Below, one piece after another: positions 18,914-28,024 of a stretch of DNA of 64,000 nucleotides. Position 1 is the stretch's first letter. The number at the start of each line of letters is the position of its first letter. Under the pieces are notes generated by a model, which did no database searches, was not told where the DNA came from, and saw only the letters and a program-made list of their open reading frames with translations. Origin of the DNA: an uncultured virus (IMG/VR IMGVR_UViG_3300025674_009014) (taxonomy: Duplodnaviria > Heunggongvirae > Uroviricota > Caudoviricetes). Made by a program: the position numbers and the translations under genes. The stretch lies in IMG/VR virus record IMGVR_UViG_3300025674_009014; one strand, given 5' to 3'.

Positions 18914-20311
18914 ATGATTAAATGGGGAATTACTTCTGGTTCGCATGATGGTGCGCTTTCTGTGTTTGAAAATGCTAATTTATTATTTGCTTCTGATGCT
19001 GAAAGATTTTCAGGTATTAAAAATGATAAAGAAATACCTGAAAAAATGATGAAGTATGCTCTAAATAAATATGGTGAACCAGATCAAATATTTTTTTATG
19101 AGGATCCTTACCTAAAGGCACAGAGAAGACATTTTTCAAAACAAGATGAAACTTTGACCGTTAAGCATCCCGAAATTTCTAAAAAATATAAAGTTAAGTA
19201 TATAAATCATCATTATTCTCATGCATGTTATGGATATTACACAAGTGATTTTGAAGAATCTTTGATTTTAGTGATTGATGCTATAGGAGAATGGGATACA
19301 TTGACACTATGGAAATCTGATACTCAAAATATCACAAAATTAAAAAATTGGTCTTATCCTAAATCATTGGGTTTAATGTATTCTGCCTGTACACAATCAG
19401 CAGGTTGGAAACCGAATGAGGAAGAATATATTATGATGGGCGCCTCTTCAATTTTTAAAGAAAATAAAATTTTAACAGAATATTTAAGAAGTTTATGGAA
19501 TAATAATTTTAATTTTCACACTGGAATAGATTTAGAAAATTTTGATAAAAATGATATACCTGCCTCTACACAAATTTTATATGAAGAGATTTTTCAGAAA
19601 ATTTTAAAAGAAGTAATTGAAAATCCTAATTATAACGGTAACTTAATATTTGTAGGAGGGTGTGCTTTAAATGTTAAGGCGAATAGGTTTTTAAATAAAT
19701 TTGATAATGTTTACATACCATGTAATCCCGGTGATGGTGGATCTTCCATAGGTTGTGTGCTTTCTTCTACGAAACAGAAAATATCTTCTACTCCTTATTT
19801 GGGATATGAGATTGTTGGTAAATATCCAGTTGATGATATTATCTACAATTTGGTCGAAAACACTATTGTTGGTGTAGCAAAAGGTAAATCTGAATTTGGA
19901 CCTAGGGCACTGGGTAATAGATCTATTTTTGGTGATGTTAGAAGAGAACATCTAAAAGATGAATTGAATGAATTGAAAGGCAGAGAGTTTTTCAGACCTT
20001 TTGGGGTTATGATATTAAAGGAGGATGTGGATGAATGGTATTATGATTCGGGTATAAGAAGTCCGTATATGAATTGTGTTTTTAAGGCAAAAGAAAAAAC
20101 TATTACAGAATATCCTTCGGCTATACATATTGATGGTACAACAAGATTACAAATTGTTGATCATGAAACAAATCTAAGAGAATTATTAGAAAAATGGAAG
20201 GTAAAAACAAACTGTCCCATGATTGTCAATACATCATTAAATATTAAGGGTAAACCAATGGTCAATGATGAGAAAGATTTGATTCAATTTAAAAATTTAA
20301 AAATTTTATAG
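18914..20311 (+). CDS. Carbamoyltransferase (NodU/CmcH/TobZ family)
   Basis: HDGA, ERFSGIKN, HHYSHA, DAIGEW, GGCALN, EFGPRALGNRS, RPF, HIDGTTRLQ, NTSLN. Confidence 0.93.
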   Translation: MIKWGITSGSHDGALSVFENANLLFASDAERFSGIKNDKEIPEKMMKYALNKYGEPDQIFFYEDPYLKAQRRHFSKQDETLTVKHPEISKKYKVKYINHHYSHACYGYYTSDFEESLILVIDAIGEWDTLTLWKSDTQNITKLKNWSYPKSLGLMYSACTQSAGWKPNEEEYIMMGASSIFKENKILTEYLRSLWNNNFNFHTGIDLENFDKNDIPASTQILYEEIFQKILKEVIENPNYNGNLIFVGGCALNVKANRFLNKFDNVYIPCNPGDGGSSIGCVLSSTKQKISSTPYLGYEIVGKYPVDDIIYNLVENTIVGVAKGKSEFGPRALGNRSIFGDVRREHLKDELNELKGREFFRPFGVMILKEDVDEWYYDSGIRSPYMNCVFKAKEKTITEYPSAIHIDGTTRLQIVDHETNLRELLEKWKVKTNCPMIVNTSLNIKGKPMVNDEKDLIQFKNLKIL

Positions 20312-20318
20312 GTTGCGC

Positions 20319-21533
20319 ATGAAAATTTGTATAATAGGAGGCGGACACTCTGGTTGGTGGACTGCGGCATATTTTGAAAAAAATCTAGATAATGTAGAAA
20401 TTACTTTATATGAAACAGAAAAAATTCCAGTTATAGGAGTAGGGGAATCTTGCATACCGCAAATAAAAAGATTTTTTGATAATCTAGATTTGCCGGTAGA
20501 AGTTTGGATGGGAACTACGGCTGTCATAAAAACCGCAAATAATCATAGAGGTTGGGATTACGAAAATTCTATGGATTATTTATATCCTTTTTGGTATGAT
20601 AGTGATAAAATCTTTGATAAATGGATGAGAGGAGAAATAAGAGATGATATTTATAATGATCATATTAAAAATCCTAATGAATGGATAGAACATGCCTATC
20701 ACATAGATTCATATGAAAATGCAAGAATAGTTAAAGAATCCACTAAAAATGTTACGATTATAAATGAGCGATTGAATTCACTTCCTGAAGGGTATGATTT
20801 ATATATAGATTGCACTGGTTTTAAATCTTATTTTTCAAAAGATTTGACTGAAATGAAAATCAGTAAGCATCATATTATGAATAGATGTTGGGCCAGTCAC
20901 ATAAAAACTAGACCCGGTACCAACACTGAATATACAAATTCAATTGCCAGGGATTATGGTTGGCAATTTGAAATACCTTTAAAAAATCGTATCGGCACGG
21001 GTTATGTGTTCTCCGATTTATATCTGAGTGAAGAAAAGGCCCTTGAAGATTTTAAAAATATGCTCAAAGATGATGAGATTCTTCAAGAACCTAGATTAAT
21101 TAAATGGAAACCAAAAGTTTTAAAAAATCCCTGGACTGATAATGTTGTTTCAATTGGTGCAGCTGCTGGTTTTGTTGATCCTCTGGAATCTACCGCATTA
21201 TTTATGACACAATGTGGTATTGAGCAATTGGTGGAATGTTTGAAAAGAAATAAGTCTCAAAGAATATATAATAAACAAATGAACAATATATGGAATGATG
21301 CTTTAGATTTTATAATATCAGAATATGTTTTATCTCACAGAAGACATACTCCTTTTTGGAAGAGTTTCGAAGAATCTAGAGATGAATATAATGAAAAACT
21401 ATGGAATTATTATAAATACAGAACTTCAGAAATGAAATATATTTTTCCATCTGGATTATGGGCAACATTGGCGTATTATTATAAAAACTTTAATCATTGG
21501 AGTGAAAGAAATGACAATATTGAGAAATTTTGA
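20319..21533 (+). CDS. Flavin-dependent halogenase (tryptophan halogenase family)
   Basis: IIGGGHSGW, IGVGES, conserved Lys in AVIKTA, DCTGF, GWQFEIP (WxWxIP variant), GFVDPLEST. Confidence 0.88.
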   Translation: MKICIIGGGHSGWWTAAYFEKNLDNVEITLYETEKIPVIGVGESCIPQIKRFFDNLDLPVEVWMGTTAVIKTANNHRGWDYENSMDYLYPFWYDSDKIFDKWMRGEIRDDIYNDHIKNPNEWIEHAYHIDSYENARIVKESTKNVTIINERLNSLPEGYDLYIDCTGFKSYFSKDLTEMKISKHHIMNRCWASHIKTRPGTNTEYTNSIARDYGWQFEIPLKNRIGTGYVFSDLYLSEEKALEDFKNMLKDDEILQEPRLIKWKPKVLKNPWTDNVVSIGAAAGFVDPLESTALFMTQCGIEQLVECLKRNKSQRIYNKQMNNIWNDALDFIISEYVLSHRRHTPFWKSFEESRDEYNEKLWNYYKYRTSEMKYIFPSGLWATLAYYYKNFNHWSERNDNIEKF

Positions 21534-22491
21534 AATAGATGATTTTGAAGATCAAGTTAAAGATATAATAAAACGTTTTAATTCAAAAGACGAATTTGTA
21601 TATAATACGAGCGGTAGTACTGGAAAACCAAAAAAAATAGTTCATAGTTATAGTGTGATGAAACAGGTTGCGGAGGATGTTGTTAGACAGAATAATTATA
21701 ATAAAGATTCTTATATTCTTAATAATACATTACCCCCTACATCAATTGGATTTCCTGTTCTTTCAGTTTTACCAGCACTGATATCTGGTTGCAGAATTAG
21801 AATTAAAAAATTTGATCCTAAAACATTTGTTGAAATTATGACCAGTGGACCAACTCATATGTTCATATTGCCTTCAATATATAGAGTGATGAAAAAAACC
21901 AAAAAATGGAAAGAAGCAGATTTATCGACTATTGATACAATCGCATGTGGAGCAGATTTAATACCTGAAAATATGGCAACTGAAGTTATTTCAAAAGGTG
22001 TAAAAAGATTTAAAATGGATTTTGGTTCAACTGAAGTTCCTCCTTCCATAACAGATTCAAGTCATGAGAGAAAAGTTGGTCTTAGATTAAGTCCTCTTAT
22101 AGATCATTATTTTGGGGATGATGGTGAACTTTTTGTCAAATGGAAATCGCAGAGTGAATATTGGCAGAGTGGTGATTTATTCACGGAAGATTTTGAAATG
22201 ATAGGTAGAAAAAAGAACATTTTAAAATTACAAGGATGTACAACAATAAATCCTGAAACTGTTGAGAAATATATTTTAGATAACTTTAGTAGTATTAATC
22301 GTGCGATTTTACAGATAAAAGATGAAAAACCTCATTTATATTATGAAGGTGATGCGGATGAGAATCTAGTTAAATCTACGATGTCCGATTGGTTTTTTTC
22401 TGACAATAAAATTTTAAATGTTGTTAAGAAAGTTGATAAAATAGAAGTTAATCATATGAATAAATTGGTAAGAACTGCATCTTATGAATGA
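21502..22491 (+). CDS. Minimal AMP-binding (ANL superfamily) adenylating enzyme
   Basis: YNTSGSTGKPK P-loop, FGSTE, SGD, GRKK; only about 329 aa. Confidence 0.85.
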   Translation: MKEMTILRNFEIDDFEDQVKDIIKRFNSKDEFVYNTSGSTGKPKKIVHSYSVMKQVAEDVVRQNNYNKDSYILNNTLPPTSIGFPVLSVLPALISGCRIRIKKFDPKTFVEIMTSGPTHMFILPSIYRVMKKTKKWKEADLSTIDTIACGADLIPENMATEVISKGVKRFKMDFGSTEVPPSITDSSHERKVGLRLSPLIDHYFGDDGELFVKWKSQSEYWQSGDLFTEDFEMIGRKKNILKLQGCTTINPETVEKYILDNFSSINRAILQIKDEKPHLYYEGDADENLVKSTMSDWFFSDNKILNVVKKVDKIEVNHMNKLVRTASYE

Positions 22492-23080
22492 AGATTTTGA
22501 TACGCAAATTTATAATAAATTAAAACATGAGAATCATTTAATAAGGTGGTTAGATTTCTGGAAACGTAAAGGATATACAAATAATTCAGATTTAAAATCA
22601 TTTAAAATAGAAAGATTGGACCTTGCTCTAGTTACTTTTTACAAAGGAGAATTATATGCTTTTTCTGGTTTAGAAGATGTATCAAATTGGGTTGACAAGA
22701 CATATAGAATTAAAACAAGATGTGTTGTAACAAATTCTTGCAGTATTAGACAACACGGTCAAGGATTAGAAAATACATCTTGGATGCCAAAATTACATGG
22801 TTCAATACAGTCTCTTTATGCCAATAGAATTAGACCGGACTACAATGTAATTATGTCTTGCAATGTTTCTGTTGACGATAAAAGTGGTACTAATGCCAGC
22901 GTTAGGATGGCAAAATTTTTAAATAATCCTAAAAATTTTTCACCTTATTATGATAATACCACTACCAGAATTGCTACTATTTGGCACACTGAGCAATATA
23001 TATATGAAATAGATGTAGATTATGCGATACTTTTAGGGGAAAAATTTTATGGTAAAGAAAGATTTTATAAATTTTTATGA
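22484..23080 (+). CDS. Hypothetical protein, possibly GNAT-like
   Basis: Coupled to the AMP ligase; LYAFSG...YRIKTRCVV pattern weakly suggestive of an acyltransferase fold. Confidence 0.45.
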   Translation: MNEDFDTQIYNKLKHENHLIRWLDFWKRKGYTNNSDLKSFKIERLDLALVTFYKGELYAFSGLEDVSNWVDKTYRIKTRCVVTNSCSIRQHGQGLENTSWMPKLHGSIQSLYANRIRPDYNVIMSCNVSVDDKSGTNASVRMAKFLNNPKNFSPYYDNTTTRIATIWHTEQYIYEIDVDYAILLGEKFYGKERFYKFL

Positions 23081-23415
23081 TTATTGTTAATATTATAATT
23101 CAATGTCCATGGAGGAAGTTTGAAAATAAAGAAGATATTAAATCTTGGATAACTAAAAATTATTTACCAGATGAAGGACCTGATATTGATAAATTTAGAG
23201 AATATAATTTTAATATCGCAAAGAAACATGGCAACGAGTATTTTTCCATGACTTTTATAAAACCAAATACAATCGTATTAACACAAAAATATTACGATTG
23301 GACTGAATATAATAATATGCTGATGATAAGAAAAAAAACATTAGATTTTTTAATTGAAAACGGTTTTTTAATTCAAGTCAGTGAACCACTGGAGACATTT
23401 TATGATAAAATTTGA
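23077..23415 (+). CDS. Hypothetical protein
   Basis: 112-aa ORF, ATGA overlap with the upstream gene. Confidence 0.6.
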   Translation: MIIVNIIIQCPWRKFENKEDIKSWITKNYLPDEGPDIDKFREYNFNIAKKHGNEYFSMTFIKPNTIVLTQKYYDWTEYNNMLMIRKKTLDFLIENGFLIQVSEPLETFYDKI

Positions 23416-24835
23416 AAGCGAAAGTTTTTACTTAACTAGTAATGTGAAAAATATGATGGTAGGTTTATCTTATGGAGCTACCATCATATCAACTTCTGCT
23501 ATAATTGGATTTGGAGGGTTGGCAGGTTGGCTTGGCTATTCTGCATTTTTATTACCATTTTTTATGTTGATGACAATTTATTTATCAACAAATTATATCG
23601 GTCCTAAAGTTTATAAATTAAACAAAGAACTGAATGCTAAAACTTTCATAGAATTGATTTCTAGATATTATGATTCTGTTTTAATGAGAAAAATACTAGC
23701 GTTTATGACAGTAATTTTAATACCTTTTTATTGCACAGCAGTCATCATTGGGGTTGGTAAATTTATAGAATCAACTACTGGATTGAATTATTTAATGTCT
23801 TTGACTGTTTTTTCATTGATAGTTTTTACAACTATATTTTATGGAGGTATGAAAACTATAGTAAAAAATGACACCATTTTAGGTCTTATAATACTTGCTG
23901 GATCGATAGTTGTGTTGTTGTATACTATTTTTAATCATATCATTCCAATAAATTACTTGGATTCTCTTAGAATGGCATTTGATAATTCTGAAAATAAAAT
24001 GATAGGTTTTTCCAAGAGTATAGGATTCACAGGATTCACTGATTTTCCTGATTTCTTATCAAAAGGTTGGCTGTTTGAATTTTCTTTATTGTGTCTTACT
24101 ATCCCAGTTGGTTTAATTGCTCTTCCACAGTTGCAAACTAGATTTATGCTATCTAAAAGTGAAGAATCATTTAAAAAAATTGCTCCGTATGGTGTAGTCA
24201 TACCTTTTGTTGTTATTGGATCCTTTTTTATTGCTGGAATTTCTTCAAATGCGTATTATTATACAAATTATTCTCAAACAGCAGTTCAGTATGCAGGATC
24301 AATTGACAATATAATTCCTCAATGGATTAATGATGGCTATCCTTCTTGGATGGGTATAGTATTATTTGTCACAATTTTGGCAGCAGCATTTACCACACTT
24401 AATTCATTGATGCATTTACTATCCACCACAGTATCGAATGATTTACTAAAAAAAGAAAATAAAAATATGGGAATTATATCGATGCTAATGGTAATATTTT
24501 TTGCTGTATTGATGAGTATAATTTACGAAAATCAACCTGCCTTCATTTCAAGATCAACAGCAGTGTATTTCTCACTTCTTGGAGGTAGTATGTTGCCTAG
24601 TCTTATTGCAATGATAAGAGGACAGCAAAACACAAATGCGGCTATTTGGTCGATAATTTTAGGTTCATTAACATCTTTATTTTGGTTATTTTTTGTTCAT
24701 TTTAAAGAATCAAAATTATTTACCGGAATCACAATTGATCTAGGTAAAATTAATTTTGTTGAAACAATTGTTCCTACTTTGTTGGTATCCTTTTTAACAT
24801 ATTTTATTTTTTCAAAAATAAAACAAAATGTTTGA
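23402..24835 (+). CDS. Sodium:solute symporter (SSS family)
   Basis: About 12 hydrophobic segments; SYGATIISTSAIIGFGG, YGGMK..V.ND, PQLQTRF, AAAFTTLNS. Confidence 0.9.
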   Translation: MIKFESESFYLTSNVKNMMVGLSYGATIISTSAIIGFGGLAGWLGYSAFLLPFFMLMTIYLSTNYIGPKVYKLNKELNAKTFIELISRYYDSVLMRKILAFMTVILIPFYCTAVIIGVGKFIESTTGLNYLMSLTVFSLIVFTTIFYGGMKTIVKNDTILGLIILAGSIVVLLYTIFNHIIPINYLDSLRMAFDNSENKMIGFSKSIGFTGFTDFPDFLSKGWLFEFSLLCLTIPVGLIALPQLQTRFMLSKSEESFKKIAPYGVVIPFVVIGSFFIAGISSNAYYYTNYSQTAVQYAGSIDNIIPQWINDGYPSWMGIVLFVTILAAAFTTLNSLMHLLSTTVSNDLLKKENKNMGIISMLMVIFFAVLMSIIYENQPAFISRSTAVYFSLLGGSMLPSLIAMIRGQQNTNAAIWSIILGSLTSLFWLFFVHFKESKLFTGITIDLGKINFVETIVPTLLVSFLTYFIFSKIKQNV

Positions 24836-25433
24836 ATTTTGGTTAGGTTTTAATATTGATTATCCTATTGTCTATGAAAAATGTAAGAAATCTCTCAATA
24901 GATATGATATTAAAACAAACAAAATTTTACTTTATGTGGAAGATAGCACTACTAATAATTTTAGCAGAACTAGATTTTTAACACCTCTTTTGGATAGTTC
25001 TGCTAATAAGTGGGTTGCATTTTGTGACGATGACTTTTTATTTTTAAAAAATCCTAAAAAATTAATGAGTAATTTAAGCGATGATAAAATAGTTTATTTG
25101 TGTAAACACGATTATGTTTCCAATACTGATATAAAAATGAATAACAAAATTAATAACAATTATCATTGTAAAAATTGGTCTAGTTTGATGATTTTCAATA
25201 AAGATAAATTTAATTTATCTATGCATCAAATTTTGAATATGAATTTAATGGATTTACATCAGTTTAAATGGATAAATAATGATGATATAGGTAGTATACC
25301 TTTAACATGGAATTGGTTAGTTGGTGAATATGAATATAATAGTGATTCTTCTGCATTACATTATACTCTTGGCGGACCTTGGTATGAAAATTACATAAAA
25401 ACTGACTACGATAAGATTTGGTTAGACTTTTGA
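24828..25433 (+). CDS. Glycosyltransferase (GT-A, GT8-like)
   Basis: FSRTRFLTP, CDDDFLF, KNWSS, LHQFKW, WNWLVGEY, HYTLGGPW. Confidence 0.85.
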   Translation: MFEFWLGFNIDYPIVYEKCKKSLNRYDIKTNKILLYVEDSTTNNFSRTRFLTPLLDSSANKWVAFCDDDFLFLKNPKKLMSNLSDDKIVYLCKHDYVSNTDIKMNNKINNNYHCKNWSSLMIFNKDKFNLSMHQILNMNLMDLHQFKWINNDDIGSIPLTWNWLVGEYEYNSDSSALHYTLGGPWYENYIKTDYDKIWLDF

Positions 25434-25687
25434 TGACATATATTACTTTTTTAATTATAAAAAATCAAGATTATGAAAAATTTGGTTTTTTATTAGATAA
25501 GAGTGTGTTGATAGGTGATATTACATCGTTAGAATATAAGCACTTTGAAAAGAACGGAAAAACATATGTCAGGGTATTATCAAACTTATATTTAGAACCT
25601 AATTTTTTTTTAAAATTAAACAAGCCATTCATGATGATTCATTTTTATAATGAACACATGAAATTTTTCAATAATTTTGTATCATGA
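25418..25687 (+). CDS. Hypothetical protein
   Basis: Fills the gap between coupled genes. Confidence 0.5.
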   Translation: MVRLLMTYITFLIIKNQDYEKFGFLLDKSVLIGDITSLEYKHFEKNGKTYVRVLSNLYLEPNFFLKLNKPFMMIHFYNEHMKFFNNFVS

Positions 25688-26409
25688 AAAGTAGAATTTT
25701 AATTGGAGGATGTAGTTTCACCGAAACTCAAAATTCATCAATAAAAAAATGGCCCGACTTTTTTGGTGAAAATAACTACGTGAAAAATGTTGCCTTACAA
25801 GGTTCTAGCAACGAAAAAATTGTTAACAGTTTAATATCTGAAATATTTAGGAATGATTATGATCTTATTATTGTAATGTGGACCGAATGGAGTAGATTTA
25901 ACTTTTTAGATTCAACATTTAATGGTGGTGTTTATATAAGATATTTGAATGAGTTTAACAATAATTATAAATATAGATTACCTTATGATTACTTAAATAT
26001 TGACGACATGATCGAGAGCAATTTAAGAAGTATATTTTTATTACAGGAAATTTGTAAAAATCGAAAAATAAAATATTTTGGAATCAGTGGTCCAAAACCA
26101 TGGAACGATGATTTAATAGAAATGGTAGATTCTTTTGAAAAATTAAATTCTGATATTAAGGAAAAATTTAATGTAAAATCATCTCCCCCTCCACTATTTT
26201 ATGAAAAAGATATATATTTAAAAATACAAAAACATAAACTCAATGATAAAATTGATATGTTTGGTTATCCATTCGGTTTTTGCGGATTAGGGTACAATGT
26301 GGTGAGTGACAAAAAAATATACAATAGATTATCAAGATTTGATAATCATCCTGATGAAAAATCACATTATAAAATTTTTAAAAAAATCAACAAAAATATA
26401 GGACTATAA
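25684..26409 (+). CDS. SGNH/GDSL-like protein
   Basis: GGCSFT, NVALQGSSN, MWT..SR, DNHP. Confidence 0.7.
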   Translation: MKSRILIGGCSFTETQNSSIKKWPDFFGENNYVKNVALQGSSNEKIVNSLISEIFRNDYDLIIVMWTEWSRFNFLDSTFNGGVYIRYLNEFNNNYKYRLPYDYLNIDDMIESNLRSIFLLQEICKNRKIKYFGISGPKPWNDDLIEMVDSFEKLNSDIKEKFNVKSSPPPLFYEKDIYLKIQKHKLNDKIDMFGYPFGFCGLGYNVVSDKKIYNRLSRFDNHPDEKSHYKIFKKINKNIGL

Positions 26410-26858
26410 TGGCAAAAGAAATAGAAATAGTATTATCAAAATCAGAAGAGTATGATGGATTATCAATCGAAGAAATAGAGACTTTGGTTAAGTCCAAAAC
26501 TGGTCAAAAAGATTATGATTATTTTAATGAATCTGATGCAACAGATCATCAGGATTTTTCAACTTATGATGAAAGCGTGCATGGAGGATTTAATTTCGTA
26601 AATTATTATTATTCTTTAACAAAATATTTAAAAGAAGAAACCTGTTATGGTACAATGAAAGAAAATACGAGTTTTACGGAAGAAGGTCATTTAAGATTGA
26701 AATATTATTTTAAGTATAATGAACACTGTGAATTTTCTAAACGATATTTGGACCAAAATGAATTGATTCCTCTTCAACAATCTTTTGTTGAAAAACTTTC
26801 AAGCATCGGTCTAGTAGTTATTTCTAATACTACCACAGAGGTGGCGGATATTGTATGA
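26409..26858 (+). CDS. Acidic hypothetical protein
   Basis: 149 aa, AGGA RBS, Glu/Asp-rich N-terminal half. Confidence 0.7.
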   Translation: MAKEIEIVLSKSEEYDGLSIEEIETLVKSKTGQKDYDYFNESDATDHQDFSTYDESVHGGFNFVNYYYSLTKYLKEETCYGTMKENTSFTEEGHLRLKYYFKYNEHCEFSKRYLDQNELIPLQQSFVEKLSSIGLVVISNTTTEVADIV

Positions 26859-27297
26859 TATAAAAAAAATTTTGAATGAGTTAAAAAATATTCCGGAATA
26901 TGACGATCAAATTTGTTTACAAACAGTAAATGGTTGTAATGATCCTTTTTATGGATCTAGAAGAATATCAGAGATGGATCATTCAGAAAATGAATTTAAA
27001 TATTTTTTATTCAATTTTCCTTATATTAATTCGATTATATCGGAATTGAAATTAGTTAGAACTAGATTGATGAGAATGAAACCTAAAACCTGTTTGACTT
27101 ATCATCAAGACCCCACTAAAAGACTGCACATTCCATTGATCACAAACGATAAATGTTTTTTTATTGTTGATAAGAAGGTCATACAACTTCCTGCAAATGG
27201 AAATTATTATATTTTAGATACAACAAAACCTCATACAGCAATAAATGCATCATTGGAAAAAAGATTACATATTGTTGGAGTATTAATTGATGATTAG
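26851..27297 (+). CDS. Aspartyl/asparaginyl beta-hydroxylase-like 2OG-Fe(II) dioxygenase
   Basis: RTRLM, HQD, RLHIPLITN, HTAIN, RLHIV. Confidence 0.85.
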   Translation: MYDIKKILNELKNIPEYDDQICLQTVNGCNDPFYGSRRISEMDHSENEFKYFLFNFPYINSIISELKLVRTRLMRMKPKTCLTYHQDPTKRLHIPLITNDKCFFIVDKKVIQLPANGNYYILDTTKPHTAINASLEKRLHIVGVLIDD

Positions 27298-28024
27298 TAG
27301 AGAAGATTATTATAAAATTCATTTGAGAAATTTAACACCTCTTAACATAAAGATAGATAAAGAGCTTTTTTTAAAAGAAATAACAGAGTATGATTCTTTT
27401 TTTAGAGTTTGGGGTGATAAATTTAAAGAATTTCCTAGATATGCTATACCACTTGTGAATCTAAATGGTAAATTAGATAATGTTGATGAACCATCTTGTT
27501 GGCCTTTAGACAGATGGTATTTTATCAATCATTATGAAGATACACCTGAAAATTTTACTAATTTTTATAATAATTTAAGTTTTTCAAATATACCTGAAGA
27601 CGCATTGATCGAAACCTCTTTTAGAATTCCCACCGATTTGATGAAATTGAAATCTTTAGAACCTTTAAGAGTTTTAAAAAAACACATGACACGATCTTGC
27701 ATTTTGAAATGGCATTCTATGGGCCATTTGAAACCTCATTATGATACGGATCATCCCACAAAATGGTTGAGATTATGGGGCACTGTGAATTCCGAGAAAA
27801 TGAAAATTAGATACTTGAATGACAATGAAAAAGGTAATCAATGGAATGATATTAAAAAAAGATATGAGAATTATGTTGAAGAGAGAAATATTGAGGACGG
27901 AAGAATTTATCTTCATGATAGTATAAAATGGCATGATGCTTTTGCTTATGGTGATGATGTGTATCAATTTTTTATTTCCTTAGATGTATCAAGTTATGAT
28001 ACATTAAAAGAGTTAATATTATGA
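27287..28024 (+). CDS. Putative 2OG-Fe(II)/cupin dioxygenase
   Basis: KPHYD...LRLWG...IYLHD...WHDAF (HxD...H). Confidence 0.65.
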   Translation: MMISREDYYKIHLRNLTPLNIKIDKELFLKEITEYDSFFRVWGDKFKEFPRYAIPLVNLNGKLDNVDEPSCWPLDRWYFINHYEDTPENFTNFYNNLSFSNIPEDALIETSFRIPTDLMKLKSLEPLRVLKKHMTRSCILKWHSMGHLKPHYDTDHPTKWLRLWGTVNSEKMKIRYLNDNEKGNQWNDIKKRYENYVEERNIEDGRIYLHDSIKWHDAFAYGDDVYQFFISLDVSSYDTLKELIL

